Source: Eledone cirrhosa (taxonomy: Eukaryota). From it: DNA of 64,000 nt. The first letter of the stretch is position 1. Every line of letters starts with the position of its first letter. The DNA lies in the NCBI GenBank assembly GCA_964016885.1, contig OZ024740.1, positions 245,768,001-245,832,000 of the forward strand. The letters are read 5' to 3'. This document shows, one piece after another, positions 11,100 through 24,773 of this stretch. A program made the translations under genes and the position numbers. The notes under the pieces are model-generated. The model worked only from the letters and a program-made list of their open reading frames with translations. It was not told the DNA's origin and ran no database searches.

Positions 11100-12700
11100 A
11101 GGAGACGAGCTGGTGAATGGTGGAGGACATGAGCCGTTATTAGCCAGGCATGGGGTCGGAGGATAGAGGGAGATAAAAAAGGTTGTCTTGAAGTTGGCGG
11201 AGGGCCTCAGTTATGTAGAGATTCGTGTGTCATACTACCACAGCGCCACCTTTGATGACGGGTTTCATGACAATGTCATCGCAACACTGTAGGCTGAGAA
11301 GAGTGGAGAGCTTGGCCCGAGTGAGGTTAGTGCGATGAGAACACTTGTGGAAACTGAACCAGTTCCCAGAGCATCGGCAAGAGCCCACAAAGGAGTTGAG
11401 GGTGCTGAACTGGTCAGAGCTTGGAGTCCAGTGTGATTGTCGGCGATTGAAACTAGTGAAGTCATCCATCTGGGTCGATGATCAGGTGTTGTGGTAAAAG
11501 GCTTTGAGCTTTAGTTGCCAGTAGAATCACAGGTGGATGTGGATGTGGTAAGTATGAAATGTAAACCCCTGATGATGAGGGAGCGTTTAGCTTTGGACAG
11601 TGGTAGGTCCTGAGGTATAGTAATAATAGTTGTTTCTACTTTAGGCACAAGGCCAGCAATTACCCAGTACATTACTGGTACTTTAATTTATCGACCCCGT
11701 AAGGATGAAAGGCAAAGTTAACCTCGGCGGGATTTGAACTCAGACTGTGAAGGGACGTAACTATGCTAGAAAGCATGGCGTCCGACCCTCTACCGATACT
11801 GCCAATTCAATAGTGGAGGTACATGAGGGAGTGAAAGTGTCGGAGGTGAAGGGGTTGTGGTTAGGCAGGGTGTGTGCAGAGTCAGTGGTGGGGAGAGGCG
11901 AGGGGGTGGGGGCAAAGACAGAGGGGGTCATAGGTGACGGTATAGTTGAGTTAGTGCTGGAGGTGAAATGAATATGTTTGGTGACGGCAGGCGGAAAGCG
12001 GAGTGAGTCAAGTTTGTGGTTTTTGCTAGAGGCGAGGAAATTAAAGAGGGAGTGAGTGAGTGAGTGAGTGGAAGGATGAATTGGATGAGGGATTGGGTCA
12101 GTAGGGGATGGAAAGTGGAAGAAAGATGGAGGTAGGCTTTGGGGAAATTTCAGTCAAGAGAACGGATTTGAGAGAGAGAGTGGAATGGCGAGAGGAGTGG
12201 GTAAGGATGAGCTCAGTGGTGGGGGGCAGAGAAAGAGGTTGGGTGGAACTTGAGGCAGAAACCTCCGAAAAAGAGTGATGTGACTGTCATAGAGTGCTTT
12301 GGTAAAGATGAGGTTGGAGAGATGCAGGGAGGATTGGATGCAAATAGGAAGGAGCGGTTGAAGGAAGTAATTGAGAGTGGAATGGAGCTGGCGTAGGAAG
12401 GTATTTGAGATTGGGCAGGATTGAGGGCTGAGTGTCAGGAGAAGGTGTAGAAGTGACAGGGGGAGACTAGTGGTGAGGTGGAAAAAAGGGACGTGAGGTG
12501 GTAGAAAGAAGAGGCGAAAACACACAGGAGGAAGGTAAAGTAGGAGGGGGAGGAAACAAGAGAGAGTACTGGGGTGAGAGAGAAATAGACTGGTGAGGTG
12601 GAAGTGGATGGAGGAGGAGAAGTGATAGTGAGTCGTGGTGTATTCAAGTAAGGCAAGAAGCAAAGAAAATAATTCATTGATCCAAAAAGACATCCAGGTG
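11100..12700 (-). mobile_element. Degenerate Penelope-like element (N-terminal ORF region)
   Basis: Minus-strand DDIVMKPVIKGGAVVV matches the PLE RT-start motif IKPADKGGAVV, with an upstream (L/I)xxGLxF-type motif near 11560. Interrupted by a SINE. Confidence 0.6.
11626..11808 (-). mobile_element. tRNA-derived SINE, near full length
   Basis: Minus strand has A box TGGCAGTATCGG, B box GAGTTCAAATCC, the Nin/Deu-like core and a GTAGAAACAACTATTATT tail. Confidence 0.9.
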
Positions 12701-12783
12701 GAAGTTCAGATAAAGCCCAGGTGTACATCCACTTCCATATATATATAACATTTTCCCCCACCAAAAAAATTATATATATGTAT

Positions 12784-12819
<36 letters not shown>

Positions 12820-14330
12820 TATGTGGCATGACACGTGTTCATTCAGTTCGCGAAAGTCCAGCACCGGTCTGATCTTGTTCTTCGTTGATCACGCTACTGC
12901 CATTAACAGCAATACTCTACTCTTTATCTTCTCCTTCGAAGGGATCAATATGCCCTCCTTGATCCATTTTTGCACCTCTCCCTCAAACTCGCTTCTGGCA
13001 TCTCCTTTCAGAGTATGCTGATAGAAGCTCACTTAGTTCTTCAGTGTTTGGGGGGTTCTCCTTTCTGGTACCACTCAACTATCTACTGTTGCCCATTGCC
13101 ATTTGTATCTATAGATCACCCTATGTGGCACCGACTCTTTGGCCTGTTCCACCTGAAGAGACATATTGTACCAGAACACTGCTTCCATTATTGAAATGTG
13201 TCCTTTTGCCAAATATCCACCATGGCCATTACCACATTGAATCTGTCCACCATGTGGTCAATCACGATTGCCCACAGCCTAATGTCCCTTCCTTATACCG
13301 CCATCTCCACCTCACTGCTACCATTGCATCTAATCTCCCTCCGGGGTCACTAGTGTTTTTGTGTAGCCCATGTCCCTGAGGGCTCATGACACCCCCCTCC
13401 CCAAACTTCCACTACAGGGGTAGCTACCGGTGCAGTAACTCCCTTTGAACTTCTACCCTGGTCACAATTGTTCGCAATGTGGCCTGCCTGCTTGCATCAG
13501 TAGCAAATTATATCTGGCTTTGGCTCTCTGCAGTCACTTGTCACATGCAGACTCTGACATATGAAGCACTGGCCTCTGACCGCCCATGGCCAAAGTGTTC
13601 ACACTGGCTCTTCTCCCTTCATCTTTCATTAATCACTGTCGTTGCTAGTGCTGCAACATCCCGCTCAGCCCCTGTGAGATTTGCTCACTCATGCTCATTT
13701 TTCTGTTGCCCGGCAACTGTTGGAGCCTCACCGAAATCTCATCAGGGAATCCATTCACAAATGCCATCTGCACAACCCTTTCAAGGTTTTCCCATCATCT
13801 CGGCTAGCGTAGTCAACTGCCATATTTCTGCTGCAGATATGTCCACCTGTTCTCCCATCCATCTCACTTTGCCTAGCTTGGCGAAAGCAGTATAAGACCC
13901 CTCAGTGAATGCTTCCTTAAGACATTCTATTTTCTCCACGTTCAGTTGGTCTGACTCATCCATTTTGAGGTATAAAGCCATCAAGATAGAGAGCCATTAG
14001 GCCAGCCACGTTTTCGATGCCTTGCAGTGTGGCGACCAATTTGATCTTTTTCATCCGCTGAAGACTTTGATTGCTTCGCTACTCATTCTCATTTTTGCTG
14101 CCACTATATCACCTGCAAGATCATAGAAAGTAAATAATAACGGCAAATTATGCCGGGAGTAGGAAGAGCACCAAAATTAGCTTGTGATGGGAAGTGAATG
14201 GACCTACCTTGTGTCTCCACTTAAATCCAGACCGAACTGTCCACTGCGCCGATCTCTACGTAACATCCAACTGAGGATAACAGAACCTCTCCCCCTCACT
14301 TTCGTAAAGATGTCCACACTTGACCATGGT
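12820..14330 (-). mobile_element. Degenerate Ty3/Gypsy gag-protease fragment
   Basis: ALYLKMDESDQ...LKEAFTEG...VRWMGEQVD resembles invertebrate Gypsy Gag. Remnant Cys/His knuckle near 13540-13610 and a decayed protease-like region downstream. No paired LTRs seen. Confidence 0.55.
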
Positions 14331-14949
14331 CTGATGAAAAAGAAGCAGTGAATAAGCGCCTGAAACCTGATGTGACATCACTTGTCCTTCGCGTCCCCCA
14401 GCTTCCAACAATCCCTTTTTGGCAACTTAACATATATATTTGTTATCATTGTTGTTGTTGTTGGCTTCTTCTTGTTAATGGTGATGATAGTCGTGACTGC
14501 TACTTATTTCAGCTGTGATGCTGACTTCTTGTCATTTGAACTCAGGTACATCCAACGTCCCTCCAATCATCACCCATATTGCACTAACTATTATGTCCAT
14601 ATCTTTCCTACTGGAGTCGACTTAAAAATTAAGTGAAAAGTTAACGGCACCACCCTCTTAGGTCTTGGAAGGCATGTGTAGGCTATGGACACTGCCCATT
14701 CATTCGGATTGCCCCCCCATGTAAAAAAATAACACTGAAATAGGTGCCCTACTTTCATTCTAAGACATTCTGGATTTAACCTAAGTAAACACCAATTAAA
14801 GAAAAATAAAGGGAATTTTTAATTTTATTTTTTTAATCCCTAGAAACATATGTCAATATGGCATCCATTTAACATCAGTTATGATGCATGTTAGCTTGGT
14901 TGGATTTGTTGCCTAATGGATTTGTTCATATGTAGTAATAATAATAGTT

Positions 14950-15001
14950 ATACTTTATGTCAACCCTCGTGGTTAATAAAGAAACAAGTATTATTATTAT
15001 T
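14950..15001 (+). mobile_element. Extreme 3' stub of an L1/Tx1-like element with a (TAT)n tail
   Basis: CTTTATGTCAACCCTCGTGGTTAATAAAGAAAC..TATTATTATTAT aligns with the copy 3 terminus CTTCATGTTAGCCCTTGTGGTCAATAAAGAAATCATTATT (30231-30275). Confidence 0.75.
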
Positions 15002-18000
15002 GGACGCACATGTATGAAGACGTACAAGTCTGCAGGGGAAAAGGTTTGTAACTTTAAGCTGTTTTAAAGTATCATTTTTTGTGTTTTCTTGTCGTTAACG
15101 AAGCATAAGGTACCCACCTTGGTTCCAAGGAAGGGAGACCTCTCAATATTTGGGCTTTAAGACCAAATATTCAAATTTATTTTTAAAATCTTCGAAAAAA
15201 TCGCTTCCCCACCCCCCAAAAAATATGGAAATTTTCGACCTTAAAACGATAAACAACGTTCAGGTCAAAAGTTCAAAAACAGCCACTGTAGATCTCACCA
15301 CAACTACTACTACTACTACTACAGACATGCCTGTCGACCATTCCACTGAATGTGAAGGCAAAACACAAAAGTTACCATCACAACCGCTCCCTTCTGTGTT
15401 AGCAGCAGTATCATCTCAAAACGACATCACCACCATCACCCCCGCCACCACCACAACAACAACGACAATAACACCGACAGCCTCAATGTAAACACTGATG
15501 GCGGTGGCAACAGCAACAACAAACAAAACAACACCAACAACAACAGCAAGAACGACAACACCAACAACAAGAGCAACAGAGGCACCACCTTTGCAGCGGC
15601 AGCAGCGAAAACAAAGCGCTTATTGAATGTTGATATTATCGATAAAGACAAACAGTTGGCCCAGGCGTGGAGGTTAATTAAACGGAAGAAGTCCTGGGCA
15701 AACCTGACTATCCTAGACGGGACAATAACGGCCATGCAAAGGAGGACGGTGTACTTTCGATGCATTTCAGTGCAGACACGCAAAGTGGAACTTGCCAGCC
15801 AAGTAGAGGTCGAGGCTGCTTTGAAGTGCATCGGAAGTGACATAGAGTATAAAGCAAGGGCCAAGCAGTTCGGTACCACCTCAGTACTGTTCAAAACTGA
15901 GGCCCTTGCTATTAAGCACTCGGTGACCCCCTGCAGAACGGAACGCATTATCATGCACCCGTCCTACATGGGCAAAAGAACAGTAAAGGTCCGAATTCCC
16001 AGGATCCCACCAGGAATGAACATATGGTGGCTCCTGAGATGCATAATCAAGGAGGGAACAGACACTACCCTCCTGGATATCAAAAGGACAGAGAGAGAAG
16101 ACTGGTCCGGAATGGATTTGGAGATTTCTCTCTAAATGAAACCAGAGGACATCAACAACATACCGGATTTTGCCCACCTGCAGGATGAGACAACAATCCA
16201 ATTAATCGCTGAGGGAAGAGGGCCGCACTGCTTCGTCTGCGGGGATGCAACGCATCTGCAAGCCTTCTGCCCTCAGCTCAAAAATGCAGGGGGTCGCAAA
16301 CCTCCTTTGTTGCCAACACCAGTGTAAGCACGGAAAGCTGCACCATCACCACCACTAAAAACAACACCAACAATGACACGGGTAACCCCACCAACATCAA
16401 AAACAGTCGGACCACCACCAGCACCGAAACCAATCCAAGGGGAAAACGAGGAAAGCTCTCCCACTCCCCCTACCCCTCCAATTATACACATAGACAAAAC
16501 GATAAATGCACACACAGACACAGATACACTCACAGCCACAGACCCTTTGTCTTCCAGCAGTGAAAATGAAGGAAAATCCAAACGTGCCAAAAAAACAAAA
16601 GAGAAAACTCACCCCAAAAAATCCCCAACAAAACACAAAAACATACACAACAAAAAATACAGACACCACTAACGCAAACACTTCCCCAATAACACCAACA
16701 TCATCATCAACATCACCCCCACAATCCCCGAAACACAAACAACCTAAACAAACACAAGAAGAAATAAACACACGGACACCTGAAATTGCAGACACCACAC
16801 CTACAACAAAAACAGACATACCTGAAACAACACCTCCAAAACCATCACCACCACAGTCACCAAAATGAAAATAAATAAAACCACACCAACAAAACATTAA
16901 AAACTTTGTGCTTGTCAGAAGTGCCAACGATAAATTGATGGCCTTCTTAGCACGAAGCGAGGACATCCAAACAGAGGGGGAGATCTTTGAATTGAACACA
17001 TTTTACGTGCCAGAAGATTTGCTTCTGGTGCGAATGTCACTCAATTCCTACAAAGAAATTCGAGAGAGCTTTCCTCAAGACATGGGAACCACGAATGTGA
17101 AACCCACATCAAGACTTTTAAAGGGGTTCCCAAAAGACACCCCACCAACCATGGAGGTCGAACCACCCGACCTTCACAAGACCCTTGGAGGTAAGTAAAC
17201 CTTCCCTCACTCTTTTAGCTTGCCAACATGGCCCTATTAAGAGTAGGAAGTTTAAATGTTCGAGGCCTGGGATTGTCCTGGAAGCAGTCTCGCCTGCTCA
17301 ACGACCTCAGGTCTCTGGAAATGGATGTGATTGCCGTCAGTGAGACCAGGATTTCCGACACGCGCACACTAGCCCCTATTTTCGACGACTATCAGATCTT
17401 CGCATCTGTTAGCAGGCCGGGAATGGGAGGCGGGGGTGGCAGTGCTGTTTAGGAGAGGGGAGTGCAAAAACCTCAAACACCTAATCACCCAGTTCCAACT
17501 GTTTGACAGGTATCGATTAGATTTCCCCAATACGCCAGTGTGGACATGGACCAACCACATAGGGTCATCTAGATCGTATATAGACAGGATCTTCATTAGG
17601 AAAATAGATAGAAATAATGTAGGCTGCCCAATTTTTAAAACGGTCGCCTATTCAGATCACAAATTTGTGTTCTGTTTAGTCGACCTAGATAAAACGCATA
17701 GGTTGGAAACGGGTTACTGGAAGCTGAACAAGTCATTTCCGGCACGTAAGGCTTACAGGCACTGAGTCAACAATTTAGTTAAGCAAAAGTTGACAGGGGG
17801 ATCATCAACAACAGATGGTGGGGGGGCTCTCAAAAGAGAGATTAGAGTAACTTCGAGAGAGTTCAGCAAAGAACTAGTGTTAGAGAAAAATAGAAAGGAG
17901 GGGGAGCTTGTAGATAAGTTAGACAAGGCTATTTGTAGTGGCATTGCAACTGACGTGCTAGCAGCGAGAATGGCATTAGACCATTTCTTCAATGCGAAAC

Positions 18001-18622
18001 ACGAAGGTTGCATTGTCAGAGCTAAGGCGCGTGCGCTGAGAAACGAGGGAACCAAAGCTGTTCAATGGGCCCACGTGGCGGAGGCGCAGCATGGTAATAA
18101 AACCACAATTCAGTCTTTGGCGGACTGAGACGGACACAAGATAAGCGATTCCAAGCGGATGTGTGAAGCCTTTTGCCAGCACTTTGCTCGGTTGTTCGGG
18201 GAGAGTGGCAAGTCAGAGAGAGTAGCGGATTGCAGTCCCTACCTTGACGACTTGCCGCGCATCTTGACAGTCGACGCTGAGCACTGCGAAAGGCCGATTA
18301 CTTCAGCCGAAATTCAGGATGCCCTTGTCGGCTTCATGAGGCGCAAGTCACCCGGTTTGGATGGCCTGCCCTATGAGCTTTACGTAAATATGCCAGACTT
18401 GTTCTCCGATCTCCTCAAAGCACTCTCCTGCAACTGGCAGCAGAATGGGAGTATTCCCAGTTCTGTGAGCAGGGGAGTGGTGATGCTGATAAGGAAAGAC
18501 GAGAACAAGAGGGATACATTAGACAACTTCAGGCCCATAACTCTGCTCAACACAGAGTTTAAGATTTTGGCCAAGGTGTTAGCAAAGAGATTGGCGTTTG
18601 TCATCGAGGATTTGGTTGGGGA
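15002..18622 (+). mobile_element. L1/Tx1-like LINE copy 1 (ORF1 plus 3'-truncated ORF2), pseudogenised
   Basis: ORF1 (~15225-17198) has T/N-rich tracts and a CX2CX4HX4C knuckle CFVCGDATHLQAFC. ORF2 from 17228 has APE motifs (SLNVRGL, AVSETR, SYIDR, YSDH) and RT motifs (KSPGLDGLPYE, NFRPITLLNTEFKI). A ~250-bp internal deletion lies near 17455 relative to copy 2. Ends at a SINE. Confidence 0.9.
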
Positions 18623-18818
18623 GGCGGTGAATTGGCAGTATCGGTAGAGGGTTGGACGCCATGCTTTCCAGCATAGTTATGTCCCTTTACGGTCTGACTT
18701 CAAATCCCGTTGAGGTTAACTTTGCCTTTCATCCTTACCGGGTCGATAAAATAAAGTACCAGTAATGAACTGGGTAATTGGTGGCCTTGTGCCAAAAGTA
18801 GAAACTATTATTATTATT
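18623..18818 (+). mobile_element. Full-length tRNA-derived SINE with a (TAT)n tail
   Basis: GGCGGTGAATTGGCAGTATCGG (A box), a B-box variant, the Nin/Deu-like core, and GTAGAAACTATTATTATTATT. Confidence 0.9.
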
Positions 18819-21800
18819 GCTGTCAGTCAGTAAAGACGTGTTTTTGGAGTTCCACAAAAGTAGGAAATTTTCTGTTTATTTTCATTTATAATAATTGTTG
18901 TCATCATCATCATCATCATCATCGTTTAACGTCCATTTTCCACGCTAGCATGGGTTAGACGGGAGTTGTCCCACTTGAGGCAAGGTTGGTCGGATGACCA
19001 TATCTCGCTCATATAGGACTATCTGGCAGCTTTGAAAAGGTTTCTAAGACTACTCTCCTTTCCCTGTCAAGGAATGACTGTGTAATATTTGGGCCTTTCA
19101 GCCCAAATATTTGAACTCTTTTGTATTTAAAAAAAAATTCTCAAAAAAAAAAAAACATGGCTAAGCCAAGCCCCCCCCCCCCCCCCCCCTCAAACAAATT
19201 TAAGTCTACTGTCGTGTGACATCGAACTAAATGTTGAGATGAGGGAAGCGGCAAACACATTGATTTATACTACAAATACATTTTGCAACACCACCACAAA
19301 CAGCATAAACAGTTGCAGCAGCAACACCAATAGTGAGAACAATAACCTTAAACAAACAAACAACGATAATACCAACCACAGCAGTAACAGCGACAACCAA
19401 AAGACAGACAACAGAAATGACAACAAAAACAACAACGAAATTAACACCAGTAACCAGAACATAAACAGCAACAGCACCAACAGCAACAATACCAACTGCA
19501 CCAAGAACAATAACAATGGTGGCACCAAAGATATAACCAACTGCAACAGTGATAACAGCAACAACACCAACAAGAACAACGACAACAACAACACCAACGA
19601 CAACAATGAGAACACTTTCACTGTGGCATCAGCCAAGAAAAGGCCAAGCTTCAACATGAACCTGACAGACAAGGAGACAAAGTTGGCCCGGGCATGGGAA
19701 GCTCATCAAACAGGAGCAAACTTGGGCCAATTTAACTGTCCCGGCAGAGGCCATAGAAGCGGTGGAGAGGAGCACTCTACTCTTCAGATGCATCTCAGCT
19801 GAGACGAAAAGAGCCATAAACTCTACCCCAAGCAGACGTCGAGGCTGCGCTGAGGTGCATCAGAGGAGTTACAGAGTACTTAGCGAGGGGTCGACAATAC
19901 GGCACCATCTCGGTGCTGTTTAAGTCGGAGGCTCTCGCTTTGAAGCACTTAAAACCAGGAAAGGTTATTATGTACCCCTCCCACATGGGAAAAAGAACGA
20001 TTAGAGTCCGCATTCCCAGGATTCCCCCTGGACTAGATATGTGGTGGCTCTTGGGATGCATGATTGTGGAGGGGTCAGATGCCGTCCCAATAGAGGTAAC
20101 CAGACCAGGAAGAGAGAACTGGTCCAGGGTTGATCTGGAGAAGTATCTCCAGATCAAACCTGAAGAAATAAAGAAAATCCCGGAGCAGATCCGCCTCCAA
20201 AATGGGACAGCTCTACAAGTGATGGCTGAGAGCAAACGGCTGCACTGTTTTGTTTGCGGTGAAAAAACAAACTTGCGAGCCTTCTGCGCTCAGCTATTGA
20301 AAAATGCAAGGGGTCAAAAGTCTCCGCTGCTGCCGATGCCGGGGCCTCATTGCGAAACAACAACACCAACAACAAAATCTGCAGCAGCAACACCAACAGC
20401 ACCAACAACTGCAAAGACCACCCAGGGGCCACACCAAAGAAGCTCTCCCGCTTCCCTCTCTCGAACACACACACAAACATTGAAACACACACACCCATAC
20501 ACGCACTGCCACTTAAATCTGACACAAACACAGAAACCTCTTCATCACTGAGCGAAGATGAGGAGGAACACCAAAAGCCAAATAAAAAACAAAAAAGAAA
20601 ACACAAGAAAAAATCTCACACACCAACACAAACAGCAAACAAAAAAGACACATTCGCACCAAACACAGACACACATACTACAACACCCTCCCCCGCAACA
20701 ACACAACCATCAACACAAACACCACCTCCACCAACAACACTACCACTAACAAAAACAACTAAAAGAAAACATACGCAGCAACAACTCACAACCACAACAA
20801 CACCTAACTTCGTGTTAATGAGGAAATTGAACACAAAACTACTGAACCTCATAACACGAAATAAGGAAATAAAGAAAGAGAGGGAGGCGTTTAACACCTG
20901 CACCTTCAAGGTGCCACAAACACTTTTGCTGGTGCGAATGGCACTAAGCAATTATAAAACAATTAGGGAGACCTTCCCCAACGATGTGGGAACACCCAGT
21001 GTAAAAGCTTCAAGTAGGCTTTTAAAGGGGTTCTCAAAAGAAACCCCACCAACTATGGAGGTCGAACCACCCGACTTTCACAACAGTCCGAGAGGTAAGT
21101 AAACCTTTCCTCTCTCTTTTAGCCTGCCAAGATGGCCATATTAAGAGTAGGATGTCTAAATGTTCGCGGCCTGGGATCATCCTGGAAGCAGGGTCACCTG
21201 CTCAACGACCTCAGGTCTCTAGAAATGGATGTAATTGCCATCAGCAAGAGCAGGATTTCCGACATGCACGCACTAGCCCCCATTTTTGATGACTATCAGA
21301 TCTTTGCATCTTTTAGTCGACTGGGAATGAGAGGTGGGGTGGCAGTGCTGTTTAGGAAAGGCCTGGATCTCGAGGTAAGGTCAATTTTCCGAGACCCGGA
21401 CGGTAAGTTGGTGGTCCTGAACATGAACAATAGCAAAGGTGGTGCCTTTACACTGGTGGCCGTCTATGCCCCTACCAGGGCAGGATGGCCGGATTTCTTT
21501 AGACACCTGGAAGCCTTACTGGGAACGTCTCACCCTTTACTGTCAGCGGGTGACTGGAACGGCATCTTAGATGCACACTGGGACTGTGTGGGAGTATCCG
21601 ATAGGAGCGGGGAGTGCAAAAGCCTCAAGTACCTGATCACCAGTTCCAACTGTCTGACAGGTACCGACTAGATTTCCCTAATGCGCCAGTGTGGACCTGG
21701 ACAAATCGTTTAGGGACATCTAGATTGTACTTAGATAGGTTTCTAATTAGATTAGTGGATAAGGATAGTATAGGGTGTCCACAATTACATATGGTCGCCT

Positions 21801-24773
21801 ATTCAGATCAGAAGTTTCTGATCTGTATGGTCGACTTAGATAAGACGCGGAGATTAGGACCTGGTTACTGGAAGCTGAACATGTCGTTTCCAGTACTTAA
21901 GGCTTACAGGGACCAGGTCAACAATTTAGTTAAGAAAAAGTTGACAAAGGGAGTCGTCAACATTAGATGGTGGGGGGGGGGGGGGGGGCTCTCAAAAGAG
22001 AGATTAGAGTAATGTCGATAGGGTTTAGCAAAGAAGAGCGTTAGAGAAAAATAGAAAGGAGGGGAGTTAGTAGATAAGTTAGACGAGGCTATTTGTAGTA
22101 CATTGCAACTGACGTGCTAGTGGCAAGAATCGCATTAGATTATTTCTTCAATGCGAAACACGAAGATTGCATTATCAGAGCTAAGGCGCGTGCGCTGAGA
22201 AACGAGGGAACCAAACCTGTTCAATGGGCCTGCATGGCGGAGGCACAGCGTGGTAATAAAACCACAATTTGGTCTTTGACAGACTGAGATGGACATGACC
22301 TGAGCGGTTCCAAGCTGATGTGTGAGGCCTTTCGCCAACATTTTGCTCGGTTGTTCGGGAGAAGAGGTGGGTCAGAGACGGTGGCGGACTTCTGTCCCTA
22401 CCTCGATGGCTTGCCGCAACTCTCGACGGCCGACACTGAGCGTTGCGAAAGACCAATTACTTCAGCCAAAATTTAGGATGCCCTTGTCGGCTGCTATGAG
22501 GCGCAAGTCACCCGGTTTGGATGGTCTGCCCTATGAGCTTTATGTAAATATGCCAGTCTTGTTCTCCGATTTCCTCGAAGCGCTCCACTGCAACTGGCAG
22601 CAGAATCGGGAGTATTCCCAGTTCAGCGAGCCAGGGCATAGTGACACTGATAAGGAGAACAAGAGGGACATATTCGACAATTTCAGACCCATAACTCTGC
22701 TCAACACAGAGTTTAAGATTTTGGCCAAGGTGTTAGTGAAGAGGCTGGTGCTTGTCGTCGAGGATTTGGTTGGGGAGGTGCAAACTTGCGCAATCCAGGT
22801 CCATACACGACAACCTCAACCTGATGCAATACATCATAGGGAGGGTAGGGTGTAAACCTGGCTTCAGTGGGGCTCTGATCAATTTAAATCAATCGAAAGC
22901 ATTCGATAGGGTCGACCATTGGTACTTGGAGGCTGTCCTCAAGGTGGCTGGCTTCGGCCCCGTCTTCAGAATCTTGATCACTGAAATGCACAGTGGTATC
23001 TGCTCGGTGGTCAAAGTTAATGGCCACCTCTCGGAACCGTTTCAGATCTCCTGATCGGTCCGTCAAGGGTGCCCTCTCTCCTCCCTTCTGTACGTATTGA
23101 CTCTCGAGCCTTTACTGCGGAAGCTGGAGCTGTTGCAGGGCATCCCGCTTGAACCGGGATGCGAAAAGGCTGTGTCGGCTTATGCGGACGACATCACCGT
23201 GATGGTGTCGGATACCTCAGAAATCGAGGTGGTCGGCACCTTATTGGAGGAATATGAAAGGTTGACGGGAGCAAAACTTAACCCGGAAAAATCAGTGTGC
23301 AAAAAAGTCCAAAAGCGTCATTGGGTGCTGGACAGACCGGTTAAGTTGCTCGAGGTTTGGTTCGGGCCATACCTCCAGATAGATAAGAATTGGGATGAGG
23401 TGACGGGCAGGGTTGCCAGTCTCACCCAGAAATGGGCTGTGAGGAAGCTATCACTGAAAGGTTGGGCAGAGGTGGTGAGCGCGTACATCGTGTCCGTCAT
23501 CTACTACCGTCTGACCATCGTCCCTTGCCCCCGTTCGCACCTCACCAACTTGGAACAGCTCCTCTTCAAATTCTTGTGGAGGGGACAGGTTCCATTGGTG
23601 AGGCGGTCCATCTGCTGCCAGCACCTCTACGTGGAGGGCTGGGCATGCCGTGGCTAATGATGCGCAGACAGGCACTGAGGCTGCGGCATCTCCAGATATT
23701 CTGCCTAAACGGTGAACAGATGTGGTCGCCGTTTATCAGATGGGCCCTTCCGCAGCTCGACTCTTTGAATAGACCGAGACTGGGTGACTGGCATCTGGAA
23801 TGTTGCCAGGCACTCACTGCCCTCTACCTGGCGGGCAATGTGGTCAGTGGAACTTCCACTCTTGAGTTCCATAGAGGATTAGTGGTGGGCAAGAGTGCGA
23901 CGACGCACTCGGAGAGGCTCTGGGTGTCGACGAAGTTGAACTAACCAGTCTGTTCCGGAGGACTTTCAAGCCGGCGACGATGGATAATTTCCAGAAATCC
24001 CTCACTTGGCAGTGCTACCGGGGGGGGGGGGGGGGGGGGGGGCACTGTCGGTTCAAGATAAAGTCTACAGGCACGAAAGTGCTGTCAGGTGGACCTGGCC
24101 GAGATGCATGCAGAGCGACAAAACCGTTCTGTATGCATTCATCCAGTGTCCGTGCATTACTGGCTTGTGGAGTCGAACAGCTGTTGTCACATGTAGAACG
24201 GATCCAGCTTATCGGCCGAGTCCATAGTGAAGATCGACCCGCCGCCTTCTTTTGGCCAGGAAGGGCAGGCAATTTTCCTCTGTCTGATGGCAGTAGCGAA
24301 AGAGGTTGTATGGTGGACGAGGTTGAAAGTTGAAGACAGAGACTTTTCTCTTCGGCCAACCCTCATGAACTTTTTCAAGTTTCACTTGGAAAGGAAGGTG
24401 AGGGTGTAGAGTGATGTGTTGCTCCAAACATTTGCTGAAAGGTGGGTGAATGTGACGAGAATGGCCCGTGTGAGTGGGCCTACTCTGATCATGTGCCTGT
24501 AGATGGGTGAATTTGAAGAGGAGAGGGGTGCCCTTCTCGGGTGCTCTCGAAGTGTCGGGTGGTTCAAGATTGGTGGGGTACCTGAGTGAACCCTGGGTGG
24601 TTATCCCCCCTATTGGGGAATTTATTCATATTTTTATTGTTATTTTGTTATTGTTATTTATATTGTTTACACGTTGTATATGTAAACCCCCACTGTCCCT
24701 CTCTTTTGTATTGTCCCCTTATTGTCGGCCGCTGTGCCCAATAGATGAAACTATTATTATCATTATTATTATT
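18819..24773 (+). mobile_element. L1/Tx1-like LINE copy 2, near full length, frameshifted
   Basis: ORF1 ~19157-21102 (knuckle CFVCGEKTNLRAFC). ORF2 21132-~24500 has APE (CLNVRGL, AVYAP, GDWN), RT (SKAFDRVDH, VRQGCPLS, AYADDI) and a C-terminal zinc-finger region. The 3' UTR ends GATGAAACTATTATTATCATTATT. The 5' UTR is interrupted by an RTE-type tail at 18901-19030, so the 5' boundary is less certain. Confidence 0.88.
18901..19030 (-). mobile_element. RTE-family 3' terminus with a (GAT)n tail
   Basis: (CAT)n CGTTTAACGTCC...CCACGCTAGCATGGGTTAGACGGG is the reverse complement of the RTE 3' end at 58680-58790. Confidence 0.85.

Noticed and set aside
17191-17218. 28-nt mini-intron creating an ORF1-ORF2 fusion protein
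   Set aside because: Excision leaves the ORF2 ATG out of frame, with different offsets in copies 1/2 versus copy 3, and the intron would be very short.
19239-19802. Asn-rich ORF as a host prion-like or mucin gene (also the Thr/Pro-rich ORFs at 16373-16868 and 20350-21102)
   Set aside because: These are low-complexity parts of LINE ORF1, collinear between copies.
21971-24042. Long G homopolymers in Tx1 copy 2 as programmed frameshift or G-quadruplex signals
   Set aside because: The runs are much shorter or absent at the homologous positions of the other copies, so slippage or sequencing error is more likely.
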